Source: Octopus vulgaris
Lineage: Eukaryota
Direction: 5' to 3'
Assembly (NCBI GenBank): GCA_951406725.2
Contig: OX597833.1
Coordinates: 61,938,001-62,002,000 of the forward strand
DNA length: 64,000 nucleotides
In this document: positions 41,701-50,200 of the stretch, piece after piece
How the letters are laid out: each line of letters starts with the position of its first letter
Position numbering within the stretch: the stretch's first letter is position 1
Notes under the pieces: model-generated
The model's database searches: none
Told to the model about the DNA's origin: nothing
The model's input: the letters and a program-made list of their open reading frames with translations, nothing else
Position numbers and translations under genes: made by a program

Positions 41701-41811
41701 ATGTTTTTCGAGTAAAGATTCGTCTAAGAGGAATTCAAACCAGGCGACCGCAGGCAGGGTTATGGGCCCCATGCCAGGTCGGCCCGACGAAGACATCACA
41801 CATTCACTCAT
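2613..41811 (-). CDS. INTS8: Integrator complex subunit 8, spliced gene span (26 coding exons in window, terminal exon not in window)
   Basis: Exons spliced by hand join in frame at GT-AG sites. The protein matches my recollection of metazoan INTS8 throughout: WFEFLLDESLLEKHL, LKILALKVAAFLKWDL, MIKCCSYLQCHTQVAILCQFL, YYYFIWDLSILEFL, LHAKRGE. Confidence 0.96.
2994..3468. repeat. Compound (GT)n / GTGCAT microsatellite array
   Basis: Directly visible; source of the His/Thr-rich spurious ORFs. Confidence 0.95.
4355..4675. repeat. G-rich minisatellite (about 90-bp period, CCAGGGTGGA subunits)
   Basis: About 3.5 copies of tacatccagggtggaaggatagatgttgg...gccaggtggatggaggc. Confidence 0.85.
7017..7460 (+). 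mobile_element. Abundant SINE-like repeat with (ATG)n tail and internal repeats of about 58 bp (representative copy)
   Basis: ...GGCGTTAGGAAGGGCATCCAGCT...CATGGAAAGCGGACGTTAAACGATGATG; many copies on both strands, e.g. 1205-1457, 23965-24410, 49090-49500, 56468-56750. Confidence 0.85.
7970..8160. repeat. Minisatellite with 33/36-bp subunits (69-bp period)
   Basis: Repeated cacctctggttggt...aatctacctg. Confidence 0.85.
10920..11441. mobile_element. MITE with TA target duplication (Tc1/mariner/pogo type)
   Basis: TA|CCGTAAATCCTCGAGTATA...TATACTCGAGGATTTACGG|TA terminal inverted repeats. Confidence 0.88.
11526..11664 (-). CDS. INTS8: INTS8 exon 25
   Basis: VAILCQFLENIDYTTAFKALQETTIYDAQDIYYYFIWDLSILEFLS. 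Confidence 0.95.
12049..12549. mobile_element. hAT-like MITE interrupted by a SINE
   Basis: Inverted ends caggttcccaacc and ggttgggaaccactg; SINE at 12142-12450 inside. Confidence 0.55.
12737..12787 (-). CDS. INTS8: INTS8 exon 24
   Basis: VYRKMIKCCSYLQCHTQ. Confidence 0.93.
12967..13070 (-). CDS. INTS8: INTS8 exon 23
   Basis: (A)HNQYSCAMKYYLEAGLAASNYFSIPVPHPIYDEQ. Confidence 0.93.
13255..13649 (-). mobile_element. Non-autonomous Helitron
   Basis: Minus strand reads A|TCTATATAT... and ends CCCTAGCAACGCCGGG hairpin ...CTAG|T; inserted in an AT site with no TSD. Confidence 0.8.
13898..14141 (-). mobile_element. tRNA-derived SINE family E (representative copy)
   Basis: GGTGTGTGGCTTAGTGGTTAGGG...GGTTTCGATTCC head and TTCTTGAGCAA core. 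Copies near 32720, 34255, 34590, 50370, 53510 and 59280. Confidence 0.8.
14371..14489 (-). CDS. INTS8: INTS8 exon 22
   Basis: SSAMDTAALAECVSLLMHHALSQDPLNPSWLRTEADIQF; triple tandem acceptor. Confidence 0.92.
15640..15855 (+). mobile_element. CR1-like LINE 3' end
   Basis: Translates to RVADLWNKLPDEIVKMQTTTRFKVSLD. Confidence 0.65.
15982..16043 (-). CDS. INTS8: INTS8 exon 21
   Basis: DNISSEIFSNYITIWPTNIN. Confidence 0.9.
16756..17267. mobile_element. Second copy of the TA-MITE family
   Basis: Same TIRs (right one decayed) and shared ends; internal segment differs. Confidence 0.85.
17850..18417 (+). repeat. About 1.6 tandem copies of a 360-bp unit (208-bp identical direct repeat)
   Basis: 17850-18057 equals 18210-18417 by direct reading; offset 360. 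Confidence 0.9.
18204..18249 (+). ncRNA. Type I hammerhead-ribozyme-like motif (complete copy)
   Basis: CACACG-CCGATGA-tAGG caataca CCTt-GAAA-CCATGG-TC-CGTGTG: 6-bp stem I, core with U4C, short stem II, palindromic stem III (ACCATGGT), GUC cleavage triplet. Confidence 0.6.
18683..18742 (-). CDS. INTS8: INTS8 exon 20
   Basis: EPTILSFLISCLTKLYNILK. Confidence 0.9.
19721..19851 (-). CDS. INTS8: INTS8 exon 19
   Basis: (V)GNIFSDNLSQKRSITGRETMIHRNNSLAVMSKESFCQFIKKIK. Confidence 0.9.
20349..20905. repeat. (TAA)n/(TGA)n microsatellite blocks
   Basis: 20349-20460 and 20663-20905, separated by a SINE. Confidence 0.95.
21023..21107 (-). CDS. INTS8: INTS8 exon 18
   Basis: VSLLLARACKEINGTKTARKPARDFWEA. 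Confidence 0.92.
21169..21500. mobile_element. Fold-back element (about 130-bp inverted arms) with a TTAGGG-like centre
   Basis: cttaaagttgtcgtattttggtaatttcaaccaatcaatga... pairs with ...tcattgattggttgaaattaccgaaatacgagaactttaag. Confidence 0.85.
22243..22352 (-). CDS. INTS8: INTS8 exon 17
   Basis: (D)TPPTPEVVEQAAVFLLNVKDWEYL...GFIE; TAG acceptor, GTAAG donor. Confidence 0.9.
23197..23398 (-). CDS. INTS8: INTS8 exon 16
   Basis: AYNMARDLLTSAMMAIKDYNFALTKHHQYQMLLVDLY...VRSGQ; phase 1 donor. Confidence 0.9.
23798..23908 (-). CDS. INTS8: INTS8 exon 15
   Basis: WQVPKPLRQMLESMPSSMQQTYAYILVGKSRHCLKLK. Confidence 0.92.
25510..25643 (-). CDS. INTS8: INTS8 exon 14
   Basis: (D)SVSAVSEAERQILYECNPQKVEDLIIKL...MALTD; a second in-frame donor is possible at 25483. 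Confidence 0.87.
26673..26845 (-). CDS. INTS8: INTS8 exon 13
   Basis: YLAQLLPRETKFVALLTKSDVYSYLTENER...MSYP; CAG acceptor, GTATGT donor. Confidence 0.9.
27444..27508 (-). CDS. INTS8: INTS8 exon 12
   Basis: VLSHAIKASNDTQREYLKGFT; CAG acceptor, GTGAGT donor. Confidence 0.87.
27782..28164 (-). mobile_element. 5'-truncated RTE-clade LINE with 11-bp TSD, inserted into a SINE
   Basis: Similar to 50765-51140; flanked by caagctgacct at 27771-27781 and 28165-28175. Confidence 0.8.
28640..28932. repeat. Compound AAC/AAT/AAG/AGG/AAAG simple repeat
   Basis: Directly visible purine-rich tract just past the INTS8 exon 11 donor. Confidence 0.95.
28980..29115 (-). CDS. INTS8: INTS8 exon 11
   Basis: DISMLSFQVNACNIVSEVMDGK...AEFLLS; GTAAGT donor. 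Confidence 0.9.
29688..29774 (-). pseudogene. Decayed partial duplicate of INTS8 exon 11
   Basis: 87-bp copy of 29000-29086 with about 3 substitutions, including CGA to TGA; splice sites not copied. Confidence 0.85.
30187..30284 (-). CDS. INTS8: INTS8 exon 10
   Basis: GLIDILMEDNIKKELSKEYRHQLFEEISRKPV; donor AG|GTATGT gives the phase 2 that the next exon requires. Confidence 0.88.
31401..31544 (-). CDS. INTS8: INTS8 exon 9
   Basis: RGYYCRVNDEHLRGYLVACRN...KNYE; CAG acceptor, GTAAG donor. Confidence 0.9.
31909..32064. repeat. Inverted repeat / hairpin of about 155 nt
   Basis: atacaaataagaaaatggagaaaca...gttggattatt pairs with aataatccaac...tgtttctccattttcttatttgtat. Confidence 0.88.
33357..33449 (-). 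CDS. INTS8: INTS8 exon 8
   Basis: VSYSLGMYFFQLEEYSEAYEMFKITEESFVP; CAG acceptor, GTGAGT donor. Confidence 0.9.
33524..33920 (+). mobile_element. tRNA-derived SINE family A (representative copy)
   Basis: GGAGTGGCTGTGTGGTAAG A-box and GGTTCAGTCCC-type B-box, internal (TA)/(TG), GTAAAAGA tail. Copies at 34744-35168, 62806-63180, 26958-27354(-), 55531-55927(-), 59396-60076(-), 5578-6168(-), 18850-19175 and others. Confidence 0.88.
35477..35650 (-). CDS. INTS8: INTS8 exon 7
   Basis: LKDQIKSSVENLQTFL...VNEFKTQ; CAG acceptor, GTAATT donor. Confidence 0.9.
36662..36722 (-). CDS. INTS8: INTS8 exon 6
   Basis: PGVQETMFTLAGINESLIRL; CAG acceptor, GTAAG donor; phases 2/0 fit the neighbouring exons. Confidence 0.85.
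37276..37341 (-). CDS. INTS8: INTS8 exon 5
   Basis: SIETVVMDTFPNRPQKTSFVS; CAG acceptor, GTAAG donor. Confidence 0.88.
37762..37908 (-). CDS. INTS8: INTS8 exon 4
   Basis: LPLTMTQTLLLELVRTC...AFSMQLFHR(W); CAG acceptor, GTAAAT donor. Confidence 0.9.
38351..38588. repeat. Long inverted repeat (about 107-bp arms, about 23-nt loop)
   Basis: 38351-38457 is the near-perfect reverse complement of 38481-38588; shorter sister hairpin at about 38035-38135. Confidence 0.9.
38804..38906 (-). CDS. INTS8: INTS8 exon 3
   Basis: (E)IKMPGFNKKVKALKILALKVAAFLKWDLEVLSK; phases 1/2 consistent. Confidence 0.92.
40663..40809 (-). CDS. INTS8: INTS8 exon 2
   Basis: AAG|AT; (D)PTPGQMIVLFMQQAETH...SEDIP; donor G|GTAAGT. 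Confidence 0.9.
41682..41811 (-). CDS. INTS8: INTS8 coding exon 1
   Basis: ATG at 41811; MSECVMSSSGRPGMGPITLPAVAWFEFLLDESLLEKHLNELNP; donor G|GTACGT, phase 1. Confidence 0.93.
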
Positions 41812-43022
41812 TGTCGAAGGAATGTTGTGAAATAACAGCTAATTAAGAGTTAATTATGCCATTAATTGATATATTCCTGGCTTTTATGGGTTTGCAAAGA
41901 ATTACCACCCGGTTCCTTCGTCTCAAAAACACACTTGCATACAAAGTCAGATAACTATTCACATACTTCACATACTTAGTAAATTCGTATGTCGTGTCTT
42001 TTAAAGTGCTTTATTCTATTTTCTCTCTCAAATATTAAGCTTAGAATATTGTTGGAAAGAAAATTGAACCACTATACTGTAAACAACTTTTACAAGCGGC
42101 ATTAATAGCTAAAGACCAAATTAAAACCAAATAAATTGAAATGGCCGTAACCGGGAATCGAAACCGGGTGGCGGAAGAACCGGCTTGTTCGGTAACGGCA
42201 TTGTTTTACATAATTCGTTTATTGTTAATAAAGAAACGTTTTTAAAAATATAAGAGTAACAAGGTCTTATATTGTTTCCAATGTGATATGTCCTCCAAAA
42301 ATAACTAAAAATTGAAATGAACTTCGATGCTTTTTTAAGAGCAGAAGTTGTTTGGAAGGAAAGAAAAAGTAAGAGTTACCTCCCATAGGAAAGGGAACTT
42401 TTATTTTTAACTTAAATGGTATTTTGGTAAGAATATTTTTTATCAAAGTGAAAATAACTTTTGATAAGAACAAAAAGAGAGAGAGACAGGGCAAAGAAAG
42501 AAAATTAAAAGAATAATTAAAATTTCTACTACCCACTCCAAATAAATTAAATGTATGACATATATATAATATATATATAAATATTACTATTTTATATTCA
42601 ATATTTCACCTATTAAATAAGACAATCTTTACTTTATTTCATTTTACTATATATACTATTTATACTCTATATTTATATATTCTACATTAATATTATAAAG
42701 AATATAGATAAAACATAAAAACAGACAGAGTTGGAATTTCTTTGAACTATATATATGTATGTATTTTTATGTATATATATATAAATTAAAAATATTTGAA
42801 TATCAAAATATATAATCAGAAATAAAAATATAACTATTAAAAAAAAATGTAGTTATTTTACAAGAAAAATAAAAATTCCTTTATTCTCAAAATATACTCC
42901 TAATAAATACATAATTAATTATAAAAGAATTTTGTATTCTTGTTTTAGGATCGAAAAGTACGAATGACAGATTAAGAGTTTGCATCTTTATTTTCGAACA
43001 AGTCTCGTGGTGACGACTCGAC
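41812..43022. promoter_or_regulatory. Divergent promoter region between INTS8 and morgue-like gene
   Basis: 1.2 kb between opposed ATGs and free of the SINEs seen elsewhere. Two CpG-containing patches (about 42140-42200, with AAATGGCC and GGCGGAAG; about 42995-43050) flank a very AT-rich core. Confidence 0.6.
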
Positions 43023-43094
43023 ATGACGGCCGTCGGGTTTTGTAAAATGAGTTTAAAGTTCCATGTCGATGTTTGGGAATTTCTAGAACCCGAG
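43023..43094 (+). CDS. morgue: morgue-like exon 1 (probable)
   Basis: ATG in a CpG-containing patch; MTAVGFCKMSLKFHVDVWEFLEPE; GAG|GTAATG phase 0 donor matches exon 2. Confidence 0.7.
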
Positions 43095-43389
43095 GTAATG
43101 TCTCTAGCCACATTATACATTTATCCATGCTACGTTATACACTCTGTCAATCCTCGTAGAGATTTGTGGTCGGGCTTTTTGCTATTTCATCTAAAATGCT
43201 TGCTTCATTAGGGGAGGTTTTCAAGATTCTTTAATTGTTATTTTTGTTTTTGTCGATTTGTGTTTAAGAATTGATGTTTTCTCGTTAATTGAATAATTTC
43301 CTGATGCACAATTAATGCTACTTTACACACACATACACCAAATACATTTATGCGTATATACGTATTGGCGATCTTTCTCCAGATCGCCC

Positions 43390-43443
<54 letters not shown>

Positions 43444-44231
43444 ATACTTATGAAAGATGCTTTCTACGTTTTAAGTTTATAGTAAAACCCCACTTAATCT
43501 ATTAACCTCCGTTTTTGTAGTTTTTCACTGTAATCTAGTACTATAGAGGACAACATAGCGAGTATATATGTATGTATATGTATGTGTGCATATATATATT
43601 TATATATATGCACATATATATATGTAGGCTTCTTAAATATATATATATATAGGGAGATATATATGAAAAAAACCAAAGACGAAGACAAGGTGGTGTACAA
43701 AACAAACAGATGTATTAGTATAAAGCTCAGGAATAGAGCTTTTTACGTTTCGAGCCTACGCTCTTCTTCGGAAAGGGACACAGAAAAAACAAGGAGAGAA
43801 TATATATATATACATACACACACGCATACGCGGATGAGCTTCTACAAAGTGGTTGCTCGTCCGACAGATAATAGCAGCCAGATTTCTTTATTCCACATAT
43901 CCCCATCGTCCTAATCTGAGAAAGACCCATTGTAAAGTAACATTCCTTAGATACAATTCAAAACATGGACTGTCATGCATTTGACGATACTCGACACGGT
44001 TGACCTGGGGTTAAACAACACACACACACACGTGTGTGTGTGTGTGTTATTCGTTTACATAGTTTTTAATAGTCGTAAATTATGTCTAAATATATTGTTT
44101 GTTTATCAAAACCATCACTCGAGATACGAACATCTTTCTAGACAAAAAACATGTCCATGTTTGCGTGTATTATTATGCATGTAGTGCTGTATTTTTCCGT
44201 AACGTTTCCTTGATTTCGTGTAAAGAATCCC

Positions 44232-44267
<36 letters not shown>

Positions 44268-47200
44268 TCCTTGTATTGTTTGTCTTGTACTCTGTTTTTT
44301 CGTTGTTAAAAAAAAGTTCGTTTCCACGTTTGTTTTTATGTTTTCGTTTCTCGTTGAGTTCTACGTCTAATTGTGGTGTCCTGTACTCATATATATTTAT
44401 ATGCATGTATATATACATGTAGATGTAGGTACGTACATATATGTATGTATGTATGCATATATTTTATTTATTAAATTATATATAGTGTGTGTACACATAT
44501 AGAGATCACCCAAAATCTTTTACAAGACTTGTGTTTGTCAAGTGAAGAATCATTTTTTTTTTATAAGAATATATTCACTCTACGTTATGTATTGAGTACT
44601 TCACCTTAAATTGCTGTTCTTGTATGTTTCTAAGTGGAAACAAACAACGAATATAATTACTATCACACATTCATTTTCCGTGCTCCTATCCATAAGTCGA
44701 CGTATCTTCACATTCCGAGACAGTTCTGACGCACGGCTTATAGCCTCTCATATTTTTCACTGTGGCATGATTTCTGCTGCTGGACACTCTTCTAAATACC
44801 AGCATCTTTATAGAATCTTCTGGGTACAGTTTATCTTGGCACCACTACTGGAGACTATGCCACCATCATTGTTTTAGTGTCCACTTTTGCATGCTTGTAT
44901 GGGTCAGAGATTTCTGAGGCAAATTTTTCTGTGGTCTGATGCCCTTCCTGTTGCCAACCCTTACCTGTTTTCGAGCAAACCCTATGGCCAGACATGTTTC
45001 CATAGACTATTAGAATTCTTATAGTTATATGCGTGTATGTATGTATGTATATATGTATTGGTGTGTGTGTGTTTGTTTCTCTTTGTCTTGACATGTAAGA
45101 GTTGTAATCCGATTGTCACCGTCATACAAGCTTACAAGCTGTGTCATTCATTTACACGATTCCAGGACGAGTAGACACATGTACACACACACACGTGTGT
45201 GTACATGTAGGTGTATGTATGTATATAACAGGTTTCTTTTAATTTCTACCTGCAAATCCACTCAAAGGCTTTGGTGAATTGGACTGTGGTAGAAGAAACT
45301 TGCCCAAGGTGCCACACTGGGACTGAAACTGAAACTCTGTGGTTGGGGAGCAAACTTTCTTAACCACACAACTACACCTGCACCTAAACATGTCCTCAAC
45401 AAAATTGAAAGGTCATCTCAACTCTACATTTTCTCCTTTTGTTCAACAACCACTTTACAGAGAATATTGGGTGTGTTTTATTAAGGTACTGGTACAAGTG
45501 CATTCACCTTGTACCTGGTTGCATGCAATATTTGTGATGTGAAAAATGAGTCAAAAGTAGTGGGTAGGGGCACCTAGAAATAGTAGCCAAATCTCCCTCA
45601 AAATCACACACTACTCATCTTCAAAAGGGAAGCAGACATCTATCCATACTTTTTCTGTCTTCAGGGGCAAAAAAGGTGTTATCGGAGGTCACATTTGGAA
45701 CATGTCCTAGTATATTACTTACTGAAGAAAAAAATTGGATGGTCATAAGCTGGACTGCCTTTCATTATAAGTCTGTTGGATCAGAGCTGACCTGGGGCTA
45801 AACACCCAATGTTTAGCTGTATGGCAAGAACTCTGCCTCCCAGCCACGTAGTTCCCGGTTCAGTTCCACTGTTTGGCACCTTAAGCAAGTGTCTTCTACT
45901 ATAGACTTGGGTTGACAAAATGTTTGAGTGGATTTGGTAGATGGAAACCGAAAGAAGCCCATCATATGTGTGTGTGTCTGTCTGTCTCCCACCACCACTT
46001 GACAACTGGTGCTGGTTTGTTTACATCCCGATAACTTAGCAGTTCAACAAAATAGTCTGCTAGAATAAGTACCAGGTTTAAAGAAATAAGTCCTGGGGTG
46101 TCAATTCATTTGACTAGAAATTCTTCAGGGCGGTGCTCCAGCATGGCCACAGTCTAATAACTGAAACGAGTAAAAGATAAAGGACAAAAATCCTTACTAA
46201 ATGCTGTCTTTAAAGAAGAATGCGAGCAATGTTTGGTATTTGTATTCGGCAGACAGAAGCCAGGTTGGTAATTGGGGTGACTGTCTGTTAAATGGTGTTA
46301 TTATTATGAAACCTCTGTGTGGTTGGTCAGCCTGCAGAAATAGCAGCCAAATCACCTTCAAATTTCACCCTACTTACTATTTTAACCCTTTTGTTACTAA
46401 CCCGGCCAAAACCGGCTCTGGCTCTGTGGTAAAATGTCTTGTTTTCAATAGTTTTGAATTAAAATCTTCCACCAAACCTTAGTCACAATTTATGTTCCTA
46501 ACACTAGCTGAATGATAACTAAGTTATTTTACTAAATTCCTTGTTATATTTAAAGTAATTGAAAGAAACACAGAGCATCTCAACAGAAATACAGTAATGA
46601 AAGGGTTAAAATATATAATAGAGAAACAATTCTTAACCCTTTTAATACCAACCCAGCTGAAACCACTTCTGGCTCTGTAGTACAAATGTCTTGTTTTCAT
46701 AAGTTTTTAAATAAAATCTTCCACCAAACGTAAGTCACAATTTATATTCCTAACACTAGCTTAATGATAACTAAGTTATTTTACTAAATTCTTTATAGTT
46801 AAAGTAATTGAAAGAAACACAGAGCATCTCAAAATAAATACAGTAAGGAAAGGGTTAATACTAGAAATAACAAGGGTCATTTGTGATCCCTTTCAATGAT
46901 TAAACTCTTTTTCAGTAGCATGAAGCTTGTGAAAATTAGGATGTTGCACTTCTATAAGTTTTCATGGATTTTGGTGTCTCTCCCAGACTTTCCTCAAGTT
47001 TTCAATGAAAGACTGTGTCCGAAATGCTATGCCTTTACTCTTTAACTTTTATTTCCTTCACCGAACATCAAACTAATATTTATTCCTTTATTGCCCTACA
47101 AGGGGCTTAACATAGAGGGGACAAACAAGGACAGACAAAGGGATTAAGTCAATTACATTGACCCCAGTGCGTAACTTGTACTTATTTAATCGACCCCGAA

Positions 47201-50200
47201 AGGATGAAAAGCAAAGTCAACCTCGGTGGAATTTGAACTCAGAACGTAGCGGCAGACGAAATACCTATTTCTTTACTACCCACAAGGGGCTAAACACAGA
47301 GAGGACAAACAAGAACAGACAAAGGGAGTAAGTCGATTACATCGACCCCAGTGCGTAACTGGTACTTATTTAATCGACCCCGAAAGGATGAAAGGCAAAG
47401 TCGACCTTGGCGGAATTTGAACTCAGGACATAGCAGCAGACGAAATACCTATTTCTTTACTACCCACAAGGGGCTAAACACAGAGAGGACAGACAAAGGG
47501 ATTAAGTCGATTACATCGACCCCAGTGCGTAACTGGTACTTATTTAATCGACCCCGAAAGGATGAAAGGCAAAGTCGACCTTGGCGGAATTTGAACTCAG
47601 AACGTAGTGGCAGACGAAAATGCTGCTAAGTATTTCGCCCGGCAGGCAAACGCTTCTGCCAGTTCGTTGCCTTGATTCAAACTAATAATATTTATTGTGA
47701 TCACCTCTTGGGCTTTTGCTATTTGCATTTGCTTTGCTTTATGTGTATATATGTGTGTGTGTGCTCAACACTGCATTTGGTGGATAAATATTTTTTATGG
47801 ATTTATAATGCTACCAATGGTTTTAAGTGACTCACTTGAAAATTGTGGAGATTTTTCCAAATGAAACTGTTGGTAGTATTAGTCATCCACGAATAAAGAC
47901 TATATATACAGGAGGGGGGAGAAGGGGAAGTTTCTGTTACTATTTAATTATATATTTCTTTATTGCCCACAAGGGGCTAAACATAGAGGGGACAAACAAG
48001 GACAGACAAAGGGATTAAGTCGATTACATCGCCCCCAGTGCGAAACTGGTACTTTATTTATCAACCCCGAAAGGATGAACGGCAAAGTCGACCTCAGCAG
48101 AATTTGAACTCGGAACATAATGACAGACGAAATACCGCTAAGCATTTCGCCCGGTGTGCCAACGTTTCACCCAGCTCGCCGCCTTATTAATAAGGCTACC
48201 AATGGTTTCAAGTGACTCACTTGAAAATTGTGGAGATTTTTCCAAATGAAACTGTTGGTAGTATTATTGATCCACAAATAAAGACTGTATATATGGTGGG
48301 GGAGAAGGGGAAGTTTCTGTTACTATTTAATTATAATAATCATGATGATTGATGAACTTGACACAAAATGTTTCTCTTTTTATTTCTTCTTTTTCTCCTT
48401 GTCTTCCTTTCAGTACCCCACCTGTTCCATGTGCAGTGGGTTCTATAGCAATAACTTTGGACAGCCTATATGTGGAACATGCCATTTATTCTTGTTCTCT
48501 TATGACATCAACAAAGATGAGGACGAACAACAAGTCTACACAGAAGTAAGTAGAAATTCTCTCTATTTCTTGGAGGGGGCCACTGTAGAGGAAGGGGGCG
48601 GAGTCCTCAAGAAATCAAGTCCAAAACGTTATTTCAACCCCTGTTTTTGGTAGGGGTTTTTTATGGCTGTGCGAGATGTGGAAAGAAAGATTCTGAACCT
48701 TTACATGACCTCTGATACAGGTGTTGGGGGTGAAGCAGCTTATCAAAGAAAAACTGCTGAGATACTTTTAGGTCAGACATCTGGCCTGAATTCTTGCAAG
48801 AATGGACATGGTCAAAACCACCCAACCGACATCCTTCCATCATCATCATCTCTTTTCTGTACTTGCTTAGGTCGGACAGAGTTTCATTGAAGTATAAGAA
48901 ATGACTGGATCTCCTTCTTGCTGTTGACCCTCATCTCTTTCCAAGCAAGAGAATATTTCCCCATGTTTGTGCAGAATATTGGAAATTAATGTGGCTTTAA
49001 TGACAGACAATCATTTACAACTGTCATGTGATGTCAAGACAAGGTACACAAACATACACACACACACACATACACATTATATATATATGAGCACCATCCG
49101 AGCGTGATTGTTGCCAGAGCAGCTAACTGGCTTCCGTGCCGGTGGCATGTAAAAAGCACCATTCGAGTGTGATCGTTACCAACGTTGCCTTAATGGCACG
49201 TGAAAAATCATTTGAACGAGGTCATTGCCAGTGCCGCTGGACTGGCTCCTGTGCAGGTGGCACGTAAAAAACATCATTTGAGCGTGGCCGTTGCCAGTAC
49301 CACCAGGCTGGCCCTCGTGCAGGCGGCACGAAAAAGCACCCACTACACTCTCGGAGTGGTTGGTGTTAGGAAGGGCATCCAGCTGTAGAAACTCTGCCAG
49401 ATCAAATTGGAGCCTGGTGCAGCCATCTTGTTTGCCAGTCCTCAGTCAAATCATCCAATCCATGCTAGCATGGAAAGCAGACGTTAAAGGATGATGATGA
49501 TATATATGGTAGGCTTCTTTTCAGTTTTTGTCTACCAAATCCACTCACAAGGCTTTGGTTGGCCCTGGGTTGTAGTAGAAGGCATTTATCCCAGGTGCAT
49601 GTGATGAGACTGAACCTTTAACAATAATTCTTTTATAAATTTTTTCAGTGATTTTTTTTTTTTTTCCGTTTTTTCTCCACTTCCAGAAAGCCGATTCAGA
49701 TGATTCTGGCAATGAGGAACCAGATGCCGCAGCTGATTTCTACACTCAGAAAGATAAAAGAACTCACGTAGTGAAATCCCATTCTCACAAAATGGACAAA
49801 CTAACTGAAAGGATTACTTCTCTAACTATTGCTCGGGACACTGACAAAGAATCTATTCCTGAAGGTCTTGTAGACTCTCTGCCACCCGAAGGTACCAAAA
49901 TTCTTAACCCTTTACCATTCAGTGATTTCTCCATCATCTCTCTTAACCCTTTTGATACCAACATGCCCTGAACTACTCTTAGTTTCATGTTACAAAATTC
50001 ATGTTTTAAAATTATCTAAATTAAAACCTCCCATCAAAATTTCATGTTAGGTCATCTTCCAAACTCCAGCTTTATAATGAGAAAAGAATTTTTACTGACA
50101 AGTAAACAAGAAGTAATAATAATTCTATCCCCCTAGCATTGCATGACAACCGATGCTGGTGTGTTGACGTCCCCGTCACTTAGCGGTTCGGCAAAAGAGA

